Below, one piece after another: positions 27,721-40,423 of a DNA stretch of 64,000 nucleotides. Made by a program: the position numbers and the translations under genes. The notes beneath the pieces were generated by a model. The model had not been told where the DNA came from. It searched no databases and worked only from the letters and a program-made list of their open reading frames with translations. The DNA is from Octopus vulgaris (lineage: Eukaryota): positions 22,196,001-22,260,000 of the forward strand of contig OX597817.1 in the NCBI GenBank assembly GCA_951406725.2, read 5' to 3'. Positions within the stretch are counted from its first letter, which is position 1. Each line of letters starts with the position of its first letter.

Positions 27721-28641
27721 GTTTCTTACATAGGCATGAGGCCTGAAATTGAGAGGAAGGAGATTAGTCAACACCATCAATCCCACTTGACTGGTACTTT
27801 ATTCTATCATCTCCAAAATGTTAAAAGACAAAGTTCTAAGTTCAAATCTCTTCAAGGGATTGCACTGAAAACATAAAGGCCCAAATAAATATCGCAAGAT
27901 ATTTTATCTGCTGCTTTAACCATTTTGCCAATAAATAAATATGCATAGGATTCTGCTAAAAGCAAAAAGATTCCTCTAATCTAATTTAAGTAGATTATAG
28001 GAATCTAAGCAAAATGACTTCTCCCTGCCTTTAGGGCAAGTTGTTCCTATGCAGTAATATGATCTGCTAAAAATGGCAGTCAAGCCTCCTTCAATTTATA
28101 TATAGTAGTCTTAAAAGAACTCATGATATCTGAAAAAGGAAAAAAAAAGGATTTCCATAGAATATTTTGGATCTCAGGCTGGTCAGGGTTGACCAGAGGC
28201 TGAACAACAAGAACAGCATAAGGGACAACTTATTGATTCAAGTTAAACCTTTCACAGTCATCATATTTTCCCTATTATCTTTGATTTCAAGGAGAATATG
28301 TGTTGAAGGTCTCACTGAAATGAAGAAGACTTTAAATCTTTCAAGTTGACCCTTCAGGCTTGGATCAAACAGAGAAAAAAATTCCCTTTTGGCAACTAAA
28401 AGTGGCAAGACATTCAGCAAATAAGTGTTACATTTACTCCACACTTGATAGCGATTATCTGATATAATCCATAGGTTCTATTACAGTATCTGCTTTTCTT
28501 TTTATATAAAACATGTCTGGATTGTCACACAGTTTTATCTCTATAGATAAAGCCTTTCTAACCTTTATACAGCTGCACTGCTACACTTTATTTCATGGGA
28601 TGGATTGTAGAATGGTTTCTGGGTATTGATATAGTTGTAAC

Positions 28642-28873
28642 AGGCGGTGAGCTGGCAGACACGTTAGCGCGCTGGGCGAAATGCTTAGCGGTATTTCATC
28701 TATCATTACGTTCTGAGTTCAAATTCTGCCGAGGTCGATTTTGCCTTTCATCCTTTCGGGGTCGATAAATAAAGTACCAGTTTCGCATTGGGATCGAGGT
28801 AATCAACTTAATCCCTTTGTCTGTCCTTGTTTGTCCCCTCTATGTTTAGTCCCTTGTGGGCAATAAAGAAATA
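28642..28873 (+). mobile_element. SINE family B monomer
   Basis: GAGCTGGCAGA / GAGTTCAAATTC boxes; body GCCTTTCATCCTTTCGGGGTCGATAAA; 14-bp TSD GATATAGTTGTAAC (28628-28641, 28874-28887). Confidence 0.9.
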
Positions 28874-29089
28874 GATATAGTTGTAACCGTGAATGAACAA
28901 GAATGATACTTAATAAAAAGTCACAGATAAAGAAAAACACAGCATTCAAGAGAAAACAATTCTGCAGAACTTTCTTGTAAACAAAGCAAAACAGGTATCA
29001 CAGCAGACAGTTAAGAAACCTACGAATAGCCACTTAATCAAGTAGAAATAGCAACCGGTTCTCTCTCCAGTCAAATCTGGCTGCCTTAA

Positions 29090-29314
29090 CCCTTTCAATA
29101 CCAACCTGGCTGAAACCGGCTCTGGCTCTGCAGTACAAATGTCTTGTTTTTACAAGTTTTGAATTAAAGTCTCCCACCAAACCTTAGTCACAATTTATGT
29201 TCCTAACAGTGGCTTAATGATAACTAAGTTATTTTACTAAATTCTTTGTTATATTTAAAATCAATTGAACGAAACACAGAAACACAGCTCAAAATAAATA
29301 CAGCAACGAAAGGG
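29090..29314 (+). mobile_element. piggyBac-like MITE, family 1
   Basis: TTAA flanks at 29086-29089 and 29315-29318; CCCTTTC/GAAAGGG termini. Confidence 0.8.
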
Positions 29315-29343
29315 TTAAAAAAGGAAATGTTACATTAGATAAT

Positions 29344-29713
29344 GGAAGCACTTCGTCGGTTACAACGACGAGGGTTCCTGTTGATCCGATCAATGGAACA
29401 ACCTGCTCGTGAAATTAACGTGTAAGTGGCTGAGCACTCCACAGGCACGTGTACCCTTAACATAGTTCTCGGGGATATTCAGCGTGACACAGAGAGTGAC
29501 AAGGCCGGCCCTTTGAAATACAGGTACAACAGAAATAGGAAGTAAGAGTGAGAGAAAGAGTACAGCAGGGATCACCACCATCCCTGCCGGAGCCTCGTGG
29601 AGCTTTAGGTGTTTTCACTCAATAAACACTCACAACGCCCGGTCTGGGAATCGAAACTGCGATCCTACGACCGCGAGTCCACTGCCCTAACCACTGGGCC
29701 ATTGCGCCTCCAC
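29344..29713 (-). mobile_element. SINE family D (tRNA head GGCCCAGTGGTTAGGGCAG...GGTTTCGATTCCC)
   Basis: 12-bp TSD ACATTAGATAAT (29332-29343, 29714-29725); head also present at 2194-2299 on +. Confidence 0.88.
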
Positions 29714-30379
29714 ACATTAGATAATATAGTTGTATGTACTGTTCAAAAGATGGGCTGGTCATGTTTGGAACACCTGCTTGATCAAGGTTAACATGCAGCT
29801 AAACAATGAAAAACAGCAGCTACCATGAAGTTGTTGCTTATTATTTCTAATGAATTTTTCAAGTACGTAAGATAGTAGAGTCTGAGAATATCTGATAAGG
29901 TTTGACCTAACACATCAACTTAATTAAATTAAAATTGTTTACTATGGAAATGTTCGATTTTTAAGTATTCTGCTGAGCATTTCTCCTATCACATCTCAGA
30001 GTTCTTCAGTGTGGAAATGCAAAGAAGCTGGAGTCTATAATGGAGATATTTAATGTATAAGCTAGTACTACTCTCTTGTGTTGAAGTCTATCTGAATACC
30101 AACAAAAACAACAAAAGAAAAGTAAGAAATGGAATAGCACAGAGATAAATTTCAAAATACTGGAAAACCAAAAGCAATAAAAACAATGTAAGACTCTGCA
30201 TAATGACACAAACAAAACTTCATCAGGAATAAAACCCATGCTGTCATGGGTTCGATGGTTTGACTGAGGTCCAGAGAGCCAGCGGCTGCACAGGCTCCAA
30301 TCTGATCTGGCAATGTTTCTGCAGCTGGATGCCCTTCCCAATGCCAACCACTCCATGAGTGTAGTATATATATGTATAC

Positions 30380-30424
<45 letters not shown>

Positions 30425-30528
30425 ATCCAAACAAGAAAACACAAAAAAACAAAAAAAAACACAACAACGCGAGGACGTGGAACAAATAAAGTATTATTGG
30501 ACGCTCAGGAAAGAAGGGAAGAAGGAGG

Positions 30529-30563
30529 GTTTAACGTTTCGAGCGGAGCTCTTCATCGGAAAC
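30529..30563 (-). ncRNA. Minimal hammerhead-like motif (CCGATGA core variant) in a (TA)n-flanked Penelope-like fragment (~30421-30636)
   Basis: Minus strand GTTT-CCGATGA-A-GAGC-TCC-GCTC-GAAACGTT-AAAC; stems I and II pair; palindromic AACGTT. Confidence 0.55.
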
Positions 30564-30664
30564 ATAGGAGAAGGAAAGATCCCGAGAAGGGAAGATAGAG
30601 GAAATAAATCGGCAGCGGTACTCACGAGGTCACAATTATATATATATATTTGTATGTATGTATG

Positions 30665-30702
<38 letters not shown>

Positions 30703-30870
30703 TGAGTGAACAAAGAAAAGAAAAAGTACTCAACAAATTTAGTAGGACTTACACGTATCATTTAAAACAGTTTGATTCAGTTCTGTGCAACGTTAAGTTT
30801 CGCAGACCGCTAACAGAAGTACATCTCTTTCAGGTTTTGGATTATATATGTATACACATACACTCACATG

Positions 30871-30916
<46 letters not shown>

Positions 30917-31405
30917 TAGACTCACACACACAAAAAACTTGGAAAATGGGGACTAATGCATGCCAACATTGTAGGGCAGATATAAAATGATGATGATGAC
31001 AATGATGTTGATGTCTACTTCATTACTAATGCCTGTAAGATATAAATATATATAACGTAAGATATAAATATATAATTGAGATGTACAGTATTATATATCC
31101 ATTACAGCTGATCTTACCAATTGATTTTGTATTAGGGGTTCAATGGAGTGTTAGGTAACAGTCCAATTTTGTAACCTTGCACTCATCAGAGGTAGCCATC
31201 ATGGTATGAAATCTAGTGACTGAAAACTATGGGTGTAAAAGAGGTGTACTGGAATCAGTGGAAGGCTAATAGTGAATTAAAGTCTTGTATGGATGAATTT
31301 TTATAAGTGACTCCATGTCCTCTCTTTGTATGCTGTTTAAAATTTTTAATTGAGTACCAAAATTCCAGAGATAAGAATATATGGATGTAGCTTAGATAGC
31401 AATAT

Positions 31406-31641
31406 CTAATTCTTTATTGCCAACAAGGGGCTAAACATAGAGGGGACAAACAATGACAGACAAAGGGACTAAGTCGATTACATCGACCCCAGTGCGTAAC
31501 TGGTACTTATTTAATCGACCCCAAAAGGATGAAAGGCAAAGTCGACCTCGGTGGAATTTGAACTCAGAACGTAGTGGCAGATGAAATACCACAATGCATT
31601 TCGCCTGAAGTGCTAACGATTCTGCCAGCTCATCACTTACC
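31406..31641 (-). mobile_element. SINE family B monomer
   Basis: Reverse-complement copy; TSD TAGCAATAT (31397-31405, 31642-31650). Confidence 0.85.
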
Positions 31642-31663
31642 TAGCAATATTGCTAACTAACAT

Positions 31664-31872
31664 AAGGTGATGAGCTGGCAGAATTGTTAGCATACCAAGC
31701 AAAATGCTTAGTGGCATTTCCTCCATCCTTATATTCTGAGTTCAAATTCTGCTAAGGTTGTCTTTCGTCTTTCTTGGTCAATTGAATAAGTACCAGTTGA
31801 GCACTGAGGTTGATGTAACCAACTTATCCTTATCCTGAACTTGCAAAATTATGCCAAAATTTGAAACTATTA
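31664..31872 (+). mobile_element. SINE family B older variant, head-to-head with the previous copy
   Basis: Same head and body, different tail; flanking TTG(C/T)TAACTAAC repeat. Confidence 0.75.
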
Positions 31873-33624
31873 TTGTTAACTAACTTATAATGATTAATCC
31901 TTTCTTCTTCAATCTCTGACTTAGCAAAATCTTAACTTTCACTTTAGGTGTGTGAGTGTGCATATGTGTGCATGTGTGTGTGTGCATGCATGTGCGTGTG
32001 TGTGTGTGTGTTGCTATACTGTCATACTTGACAAGAATAAATTACATCTAAGTTTGGAAAATTTATTAAGTGGTTCATCCATAAATTCAGTCATTTAGTC
32101 ATTCAATATTTAATATAAGGTTTCTATTTATCTTGGCATTGTAAACCACTACTCATCAATTTTGGGTTAGTTTCAGTCTAGGTCTTACCTGCTCTACTGA
32201 TGTGTTTGTAGAGAAGGAATGGCACAATGCCCTCTCCAGGTTATAACAGTACAACAGTATTACAATACACCTTTATTACTCTATAGCTGATAGGCTAGAA
32301 CCCTTTCATCTTGGCTGTCATAACTCCTTAATCAAGTAATAAAATTGCAGAGCTTTGAATCAGAAGCTTATATATTTATGTCGATTTAGGATTGCTTTAG
32401 TCTTTTGTACAGTTTTCTAGGATATCAATCAAATAAGCATCAGGAATATACCGACACAGCAAATATGTAAATAGCTGAGACTGGGTTCATTAGCTTTGGC
32501 TGGGAGCCAGAATGAGGGAGAGAAGTAATCTGAATATTGTTCTTCCTCTCAGCTATACTAAATTACCAACTTTATAGTTTTAGATGACCACTACTTTAAC
32601 AGGAACTAAATAACCAAAATAGAATATTCAGCTGAAATTATTGCATTTTTGGCACAAAGAAATCTATAATACTATTTTATGTATAGAAAAAGTCGGAACA
32701 ATAAATGAGAAAAAATATATAGGAAGAAAGAGAAAAATAAAGAAACATTCTAATTATGGAATTTCAAACATTTACAATACCTATTGGTAGCATTCATAAA
32801 TCAAATATTTTCTTACATACTAGTTAAAATAAAAATCTATAATCTTTATGCGTTAAAATTTGCCAATATGTGGAACAGGTAATACAAATAAAGAAATAAA
32901 AATATGTGTTTGCTTTATATTTAATCATTATTACTTTTTCTCATGAATTTGTGATATTTTCAAATAAGCATATTTAATATATAATTTTCAGGTTACTTCA
33001 AAATAGATATATAGCTGTATGTGGATGATTAAGCATATAAACCCACACCGATTTCTCAAAAGTTGTTCACATTTTTATATCATGAATATTTACTCATGTA
33101 AATTTAATAAAATCATACTTATTTTGTTTTAGAAATTTCCACATTCATCTGATCTTGCGATAGTTGTCAACTCCTACTGAAACACGATGTCTTTCTAGCT
33201 CAAAGTCTGTTTGTTATTTCAATAAACACTATCACTTCCATATTACAACCCAACGTTCTGTCATGTGATATTTCTTGCTGATATCATTTAGTATTTTGCT
33301 TTCACTGTTTGTGTTCTGATTTTACAAACTAATCTCTTTAAAGCAAATTATCAATTTAAGATATTTTCTGTCACTGGAAACAAAAATGATACAGACTATT
33401 TTGGCTGATTGCATCAAATTTTAAAGTTTTACAATTTGATATTAAATCTTCAGTGGATTATTCACAATATATTGGCTATTCGTTAAAAAAAACACATATT
33501 GTAAAACTGCATTGAAGGATGTTTTCTGAAAGAATCCTCAAATAGGTACAGTGGTCCTTTTGATGATGAGATGACCAGTCTATTTCAGTCTTTTTGCCAA
33601 CCAATATAGCACTAATCCTTAAGT

Positions 33625-33923
33625 TTGTTCCTTCTAGAGCTATGCCTGGCTCATAGAGCTGGTTTCCCGGTTTCCTTGGCGTATAGGTTCTCCACCTGGA
33701 CAGGACGCTGGTCCATCGCAGGTGAGCTGCAAGATGCAAGAGGAAAGAGTGAAAGAAAGTTGTGGTGAAAGAGTCAGCAGAAGTTTGCCATTACCTTCTG
33801 CCAGTTCCACATGGAGCATAGGAGTTTTGTTCATAAACACACACATTGCCCAGTCTGAGATTTGAACCCACGATCCCTCGACCACGAGTCCGCTGCTCTA
33901 ACCACTTGGCCATGTGCCTCTTC
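33625..33923 (-). mobile_element. SINE family E
   Basis: Reverse complement of 38076-38384; TSD AATCCTTAAGT (33614-33624, 33924-33934); head and flank repeated at 33948-34082. Confidence 0.88.
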
Positions 33924-34689
33924 AATCCTTAAGTAGTGTATTTTAAGCATGGAGCTTAGATGTTTCACTCATGAACACATAGCGCCCAGTCTGAGATTTG
34001 AACCCACGATCCCTCAGCCGTGAGTTCGCTGCTCTAACCACTAGCCATGTGCCTCCACAATCCTTAAGTAGCGTATTCTAAAAATGTGAAACTTATCCCA
34101 GTATGAATATTGTTATTTGGAATATACCAGGGTGCCATGTAAAATGCATTGGTGTGTATGCAGGTGCCATGTGAAAAGCACCCAGTATACTCTGTAAAGT
34201 GGTTGGAAGGGCATTTAGGTGTAGAAACCAAGCCAAAACAGACTATAGAACTTGGTGTGGCCCCTGGCCTTGCCAGTTGCTGTCAAACCGTTCAACCCTT
34301 ACTAGTATGGAAAATGTTGTTGATGATGATGTTTTTTTCCATAAATGTTTATTATCAGCTAGAGAGAACAATATAATACAAACAGCACTAAAACAGAAAT
34401 ATATAATAATGAATAAAATGTCAGGTGAAAATAGCAGGGTTGATAAAGAGAAATGCTAGGTTCAAACTGGTTAGGTAGTAAGGGATTTACACTTATCAAT
34501 GATTTTGTTTAGATCCAAATCAGTTCTGGTTGAGGGGACCTACTAATGGAGAGGTGACATGCTGGAGAATACACCTTACAAACCAATGCAAGCGTGGGAA
34601 AATGGTTGTTATGACAACGATGACAACGGCACCGATGGAGATGACAACGATGGCAATGACGACTATAATGCTGCCGCAGTTACTGCTGC

Positions 34690-34759
<70 letters not shown>

Positions 34760-34773
34760 GATGATGATGATGT

Positions 34774-34857
<84 letters not shown>

Positions 34858-34882
34858 CGATGATGACGACGACGACAATGAC

Positions 34883-34917
<35 letters not shown>

Positions 34918-34930
34918 GGAGGAGGAGGAG
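34690..34930. repeat. Compound trinucleotide tract (GTT)n(GAT)n(GAG)n
   Basis: Direct reading; follows a family C-like tail. Confidence 0.95.
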
Positions 34931-35042
34931 AATATACATTTATCTGAAGGAAACTGAGTTTTCCATTAGATTCAAGTAGAAATGAAACCCTTGAAATGAA
35001 GATTCGGTTTTGAATAAATAGAAAAATAAAAGCGGTTCGGTA

Positions 35043-35165
35043 CAAAGAGACCGATAGAATAAGTACTGGGCTTACAAAGAATAAGTCCCGGGGTCGATTT
35101 GCTCGACTAAAGGTGGTGCTCCAGCATGGCCACAGTCAAATGACTGAAACAAGTAAAATAGTAAA
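35043..35165 (+). mobile_element. SINE family A 3' fragment
   Basis: AAAGAGACCGATAGAATAAGTACT...GACTGAAACAAGTAAAA. Confidence 0.85.
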
Positions 35166-35239
35166 CTAGTAAATAGTATATATCTAATATATATTTCATC
35201 TCTCTTTTGTTCATTTTCAAAGCACACACACATAAAAAC

Positions 35240-35345
<106 letters not shown>

Positions 35346-35983
35346 CACACACACACATATACAAAGAGAGAGAGAGAGCTGGATGGATTAATATAAGTAT
35401 TCATTCTCCTAGAATTACATAGGCTTGAGTCCCATATATTCTACAAGAACATAAAAGATTAAGTCCATTAGAAGATAAATTTTAGCTTGAAAACACTCAT
35501 TGGCTAAAAACTCTGAACCGAACGCCTCTAAGCAAGATTCTTCACAAGCTTTTAAATTGCTTGTTATCCATTCATTCTAATTTATTTTATCCATCACCCA
35601 CATTCTATATTATTGTGTGCCAGCCTACCATCTTTTTCTTCCCGGCTCTGCTTCTCTCTTTGGGATGTAAAAAGCATCCACTACACTCTTGGAGTGGTTG
35701 GTGTTAAGAAGGGCACCTAGCTGTAGAAATCATGCCAACTCAGATTGGAACCTGGTGATGCTCTAAAGCTTGCAAGTCTTCAGTCAAACCATCGAACCTA
35801 TGCCAGCATGGATAATGGATGTTAAATGATGATGATGATGATGATGAAGATGATGACATATATGTATATATATATATATACCGAAGTAAGCACATAAATG
35901 TGAAACAATGTGGAAAAAATGTACTCAAGCACCAGAGGTAGAGTAATATGCTTTATTTAAAAGCAGCAGAAATATGACAGAAG

Positions 35984-36021
35984 CTATTACTCAGAGTTTC
36001 ATATTTCCGTTCATCAGACAC
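35984..36021 (-). ncRNA. Degenerate hammerhead-like motif in a Penelope-like fragment (~35881-36021)
   Basis: Minus strand GTGT-CTGATGA-ACGGAAATAT-GAAAC-TCTGA-GTA-ATAG; core intact, stems I and II eroded. Confidence 0.5.
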
Positions 36022-36091
36022 TCTTCAGGTTAAAGATAATATACATATATTTATTAATTTATTTAATTAATTATTTTATAGTTTTTATCTT

Positions 36092-36174
36092 TAACCTGAG
36101 GAGTGACTACATTTATATTGAATTGATTTTACTGTCATCATTTCTTAAATATAGCCATGAAACATGTGTAGTTA
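36092..36174 (+). ncRNA. Type I hammerhead ribozyme motif with long stem II
   Basis: TAAC-CTGAGGA(36096-36102)-GTGACTACATTTA...TAAATATAGCCAT-GAAAC-ATGT-GTA(36168-36170)-GTTA; stem I TAAC/GTTA; 13-bp stem II with two mismatches. Confidence 0.7.
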
Positions 36175-36342
36175 TTCTAACAAATATATACGTTTTATTT
36201 ATTATTTTGCACGTTACTTAATCACTCGTATATGTTTTATCGTATATTTATTTTTTCTATAAGATGTAATCTTTTCTAAATGGTATAATTTAATTTTTTC
36301 ATTGTTGAATTGATAAAAGGTGGTTTTTTCCAATTTATATAT

Positions 36343-36384
<42 letters not shown>

Positions 36385-36959
36385 GTATAATCAGCAGCAG
36401 CAGCAGCAGCAGCATCATTTATACTTTTCATGTTTACATGATGATATAGGTTGGATTGGGTCATGGTTTGAGGCACTGGTAACTGAGAGCTTCTTTTGTT
36501 TCCATTGATTAATACTCTTATGCCATTTGACTTAGCTTTTATCACTGGATGTCTTTCTTAAAGTTTACAGAGTTTACTGGGTACCATTTTTTGCATTACC
36601 AGCACAAGAGTGTTTGTCTTACCTGTCAATTACTCTTTAGGGAACATGTTTTGTTGGCTTTCCTCTGTAACAACACAGAATGAATGGAACCTTGTACAGG
36701 GAGCCACATAGAGAATACATTGTGGGCTATAAGTAGACCAGGAAGAAAAAGGTGTGTATATTAGCTTAGGTGAATAAAGAGAGGATTAGAAGAGAGAGCA
36801 ATGATATCAGAAGGATCAGGACAGCCAGATGAAGGTAAGATGCAGTAGTATGATGTAAGTGGTAATGTTATTTGGAGTAGTGTCTGATACAGGCAACTGC
36901 AGAGATGGATAGGTGATGGGGTAAGGTAAGAGTAGGAGATGTAAGTTGTAAGAGGTAAG

Positions 36960-37365
36960 AGGTGGTGAGCTGGCAGAAATGCTAGCATGCCGGGTGAAAT
37001 GCTTAGCGGTATTTCGTCTGCCGTTACGTTCTGAGTTCAAATTCCGCCAAGGTCGACTTTGCCTTTCATCCCTTCGGGGTCGATAAATTAAGTACCAGTT
37101 AGACACTGGGGTCGATTTAATTGACTTAATCCGTTTGTCTGTCCTTGTTTGGCCTCTCTGTGTTTAGCCCCTTGTGGGTAGTAAAGAAATAGGTATTTCG
37201 TCTGCCGTTACGTTCTGAGTTCAAATTCTGCCAAGGTTGACTTTGCCTTTCATCCTTTCAGGGTTGATAAATTAAGTACCACTGGAGTTGATATAATTGA
37301 CTTAATCTCTTTGTCTGTCCTTGTTTGTCCCGTCTATGTTTAGCCCCTTGTGGGCAATAAAGAGA
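36960..37365 (+). mobile_element. SINE family B dimer
   Basis: Full monomer followed at AAAGAAATA|GGTATTTCGTCTG by a second, headless monomer. Confidence 0.9.
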
Positions 37366-37649
37366 TGAGAATAGGAGATGTGAAGCAATGCAAATGACAC
37401 TGAGGTGGGGAGAGAGTGGAGACAAAGAGATGGATTAAAGGAAAAGGAATATAGACTCATGAAGACAATCCAATAAAAATTATATATTCATATGTATACA
37501 AGATTATACAAATTCATATGATTGTAACATTACAACCAAAGGAAATTCCTTCTTTCAATCTTTTTTTCATTTTCGTTCATGATTGTAACATTACAACCAA
37601 AGGAAATTCCTTCATTCATTCTTATTTTCATTTTTCTTTCATTTCACAG

Positions 37650-37937
37650 TCCCTCCTGAAGTCCGAGTTCGTAATAAACGAATGGGACAAGAAATTGGCA
37701 AAATGACAATACTTGAGTGTACAGTAACAGCAAGTCCACTCGGTGCAACACATTGGGAAAAGAATTCTAACAGAATAGAAAATTCATGGAAGTATCGTGC
37801 AGAAGCATATAATGAAGATGAGCACACTATAACTTTAAGCCTGAGGATACGGGCAGTAGAGATATCAGACTTTGGAGAATATACATGTGTTGCTTCTAAT
37901 CATCTCGGAAGTGACCAGGAGAAAATGATTCTATATG
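37650..37937 (+). CDS. Internal coding exon: one Ig I-set domain of a lachesin/DIP/amalgam (IgLON-like) cell adhesion protein, probably Ig3
   Basis: Polypyrimidine tract + CAG acceptor (AG at 37648-37649) and G|GTGAGT donor (GT at 37938-37939); 288 nt, open, phase 1-1. Translation xPPEVRVRNKRMGQEIGKMTILECTVTASPLGATHWEK...TLSLRIRAVEISDFGEYTCVASNHLGSDQEKMILY has the B-strand Cys, C-strand Trp and DxGxYxCxAxN motif. The other exons were not found in the window. Confidence 0.93.
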
Positions 37938-38075
37938 GTGAGTTAAAACAACATTTTCTTTATTGTACACAATATGCATGCTATCTTAAGTTACTTACAT
38001 TTTCTCTGTCTCTGTCTCTGTCTCTGTCTCTCTCTCTTGCACACACACACACACATGCATACACCCACAGAGTTT

Positions 38076-38384
38076 GTGGAAGCACATGGCCTAGTGGTTA
38101 GAGCAGCGGACTCACGGTCAAGAGGTCGTGGGTTCGAATCTCAGACCAGTCGATGTATGTGTTTATGAGCAAAACACCTTAGCTCCACGCGACTCTGGCA
38201 GATGGTAATGGTGAACTTCTGCTGACTCTTTTGCCACAACTTTCTCTCACGCTTTCCTCCTGCATCTTGCAGCTCACCTGTGATGGACCGGTGTCCCGTC
38301 CAGGTGGGGAACCTATACACCAAGGAAACTGGGAAACTAGCCCTTATGAGCCAGGTATGGCTCAAAATGGAACAAACAAAACAA
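38076..38384 (+). mobile_element. SINE family E (D-related tRNA head)
   Basis: TGGCCTAGTGGTTAGAGCAG / GGTTCGAATC boxes; 11-bp TSD CCACAGAGTTT (38065-38075, 38385-38395). Confidence 0.9.
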
Positions 38385-39271
38385 CCACAGAGTTTAATGT
38401 AAGAGAGTCTCCATGTACTTAGACAACTTGAAAGAAATAACAACTAAATCTTCCTCGAATTGTACTCACCTAAAGAAAGATATACTGGAAAATGTGGTCT
38501 CTTATATAACCCCCTATTACAAAAAAAAAAAAGACTCCCCGAGATGGTAATGATTTGAATACCTTTGATTGTAGATCTATTTGATTTAGGCTAACATACC
38601 AGGAGCTAATAAACAGTTATTTCATCAATAAATTGTGACTGAAAGAGATGTTGTGTCACCACAGTAGCCTTTATGCAACTTTATGCAAATTATTTCATCA
38701 TTCTTTTTTTTTTTTAGGTTACAAAATAAAGGTAGACACAAATAAGCAACATACGCACAAATAAAAACAGAATGAGATTCTAAGGGTGTTTTATGTACCA
38801 ATAGAAATAGCAACCAATTAGAAATAGCAGTCTGCAATCACATCCTGCAATTTGAAATAAGCAATGGACAAAACGGCTAAGGTAATGCTGGACATATTCC
38901 TAAAAAAACAGGAGGGTCACAGCTGGAATGCCTTTGATAATAGGTCTGCACAGTCATGCAAAACCTAAAATGTTGTGTGAGCAGCAATAATTTAGTCAGG
39001 CAAAAGTAAATTATTATTCAAAGAATGACTATAGCTAGAATTTGCAAAGAGGAATGGAAACCAAATGCTCTGAGATTCAGGTTGTGTTATGCGCTTTCCA
39101 ACACTTGCTGTTGCAAGAGTTTATCATTAACTTTCACCTGTGGCTAGGTGAGTAGTTTGAATTATATACCCACTTCACAAATTTCAAACACCTGCAACTC
39201 TATGGTATCATTACAAGACCTAGATCTCCTCCCCAAATAAAAAAACTGTGTCAACATTTGAGATTTTGTAA

Positions 39272-39628
39272 AGGTGCAGGAGTGGCTGTGTGATAAGTAG
39301 CTTGCTTAACAACCACATGGTCCCAGGTTCAGTCCCACTGTGTGGCACCTTGGACAAGTGTCTTCTACTATAGCCTCAGGCTGACCAAAGCCTTGTGAGT
39401 GGATTTGGTAGAAAGAAACTGAAAGAAGCCAGTCATATATATGTATATATATATATGTGTGTGTTTGTGTGTCTGTGTTTGTCCTCCTCCCCCAACATCA
39501 CTTGACCACCGATGCTGGTGTGTTTACGTCCCTGGTACCTAGTGGTTTGGCAAAAGAGATTTGCTCGACTAAAGGTGGTGCTCCAGCATGGCTGCAGTCA
39601 AATGACTAAAACAAGTAAAAGCGTAAAA
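39272..39628 (+). mobile_element. SINE family A with internal deletion
   Basis: Head and tail intact; segment between AAAAGAGA and TTTGCTCGAC missing. Confidence 0.85.
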
Positions 39629-40423
39629 CTCTTGATAGAGTACAAAATCAAATGTGTATTTTACTTGATGATGAACTTGTTTGTTCTCTCCAGCGGCTGT
39701 CATTGATGGAATGTTGCAAGCCTAGCTCTGTTCTGTCATTATCTCATCCTATAGGTCCTCCAGTCTGGGAATTTCCACTTCCTGTACCCTCTCTCATGGA
39801 TCTCACACACCACCCCTTCACACTTCAAATCATCTTTACTGCCACCTTTTACCTCTCTGACCCTCACCTACTTCCTCTGTCTTCCCCTCCAACTGATATT
39901 CATGACTGTCTATGCTTTCACTAGTATTCATCATTTACTGCATTTTGCTCTATCTCCATCTCAATCCTTCTGCCACTCACCTCTCTTTCTCCCATGAACT
40001 TACTTACCCACCCATATCACTTCTATTTTATCCATCTTCCTGTAACTTGAGCGTATGCTCTGATAAATCTTCTCCACAGTCCTTTTTTCTTTTCCAACTG
40101 GTTAATCACATAATTGATCTACAATAAGATATCTGTCCCCTTTCTCTATTATACATCAACCATTCATCACTTAGCATAAAGCCTCTTCCCTCATTTGAGG
40201 ATTGTTGTCTTGACAGAACTATGTGAAAAGCACCCAGTACACTCCGTAAAGTGGTTGGTGTCAGGAAGGGCATCCAACCATAGACACTGGAGCTTTGTCC
40301 AGTCCTCTTATTCACCAGCTCCTGTCAAACCATCCAATCCATGCCAGCAGGGAAAAACAGATGCTCGATGATAATTCTTTATCAAGGAAAGATTTACCAC
40401 TATCTGTCGATCATGATTCGTGA

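Noticed and set aside
37682-38101. 139-aa ORF taken as a complete gene
   Set aside because: The ATG is internal to the exon and the sequence after 37937 is intron read-through into simple repeats
38085-38150. tRNA gene-like sequences (also 2200-2265 and 29645-29710)
   Set aside because: Continuous with SINE bodies, which are TSD-bounded in the full-length copies; these are SINE heads, not tRNA genes
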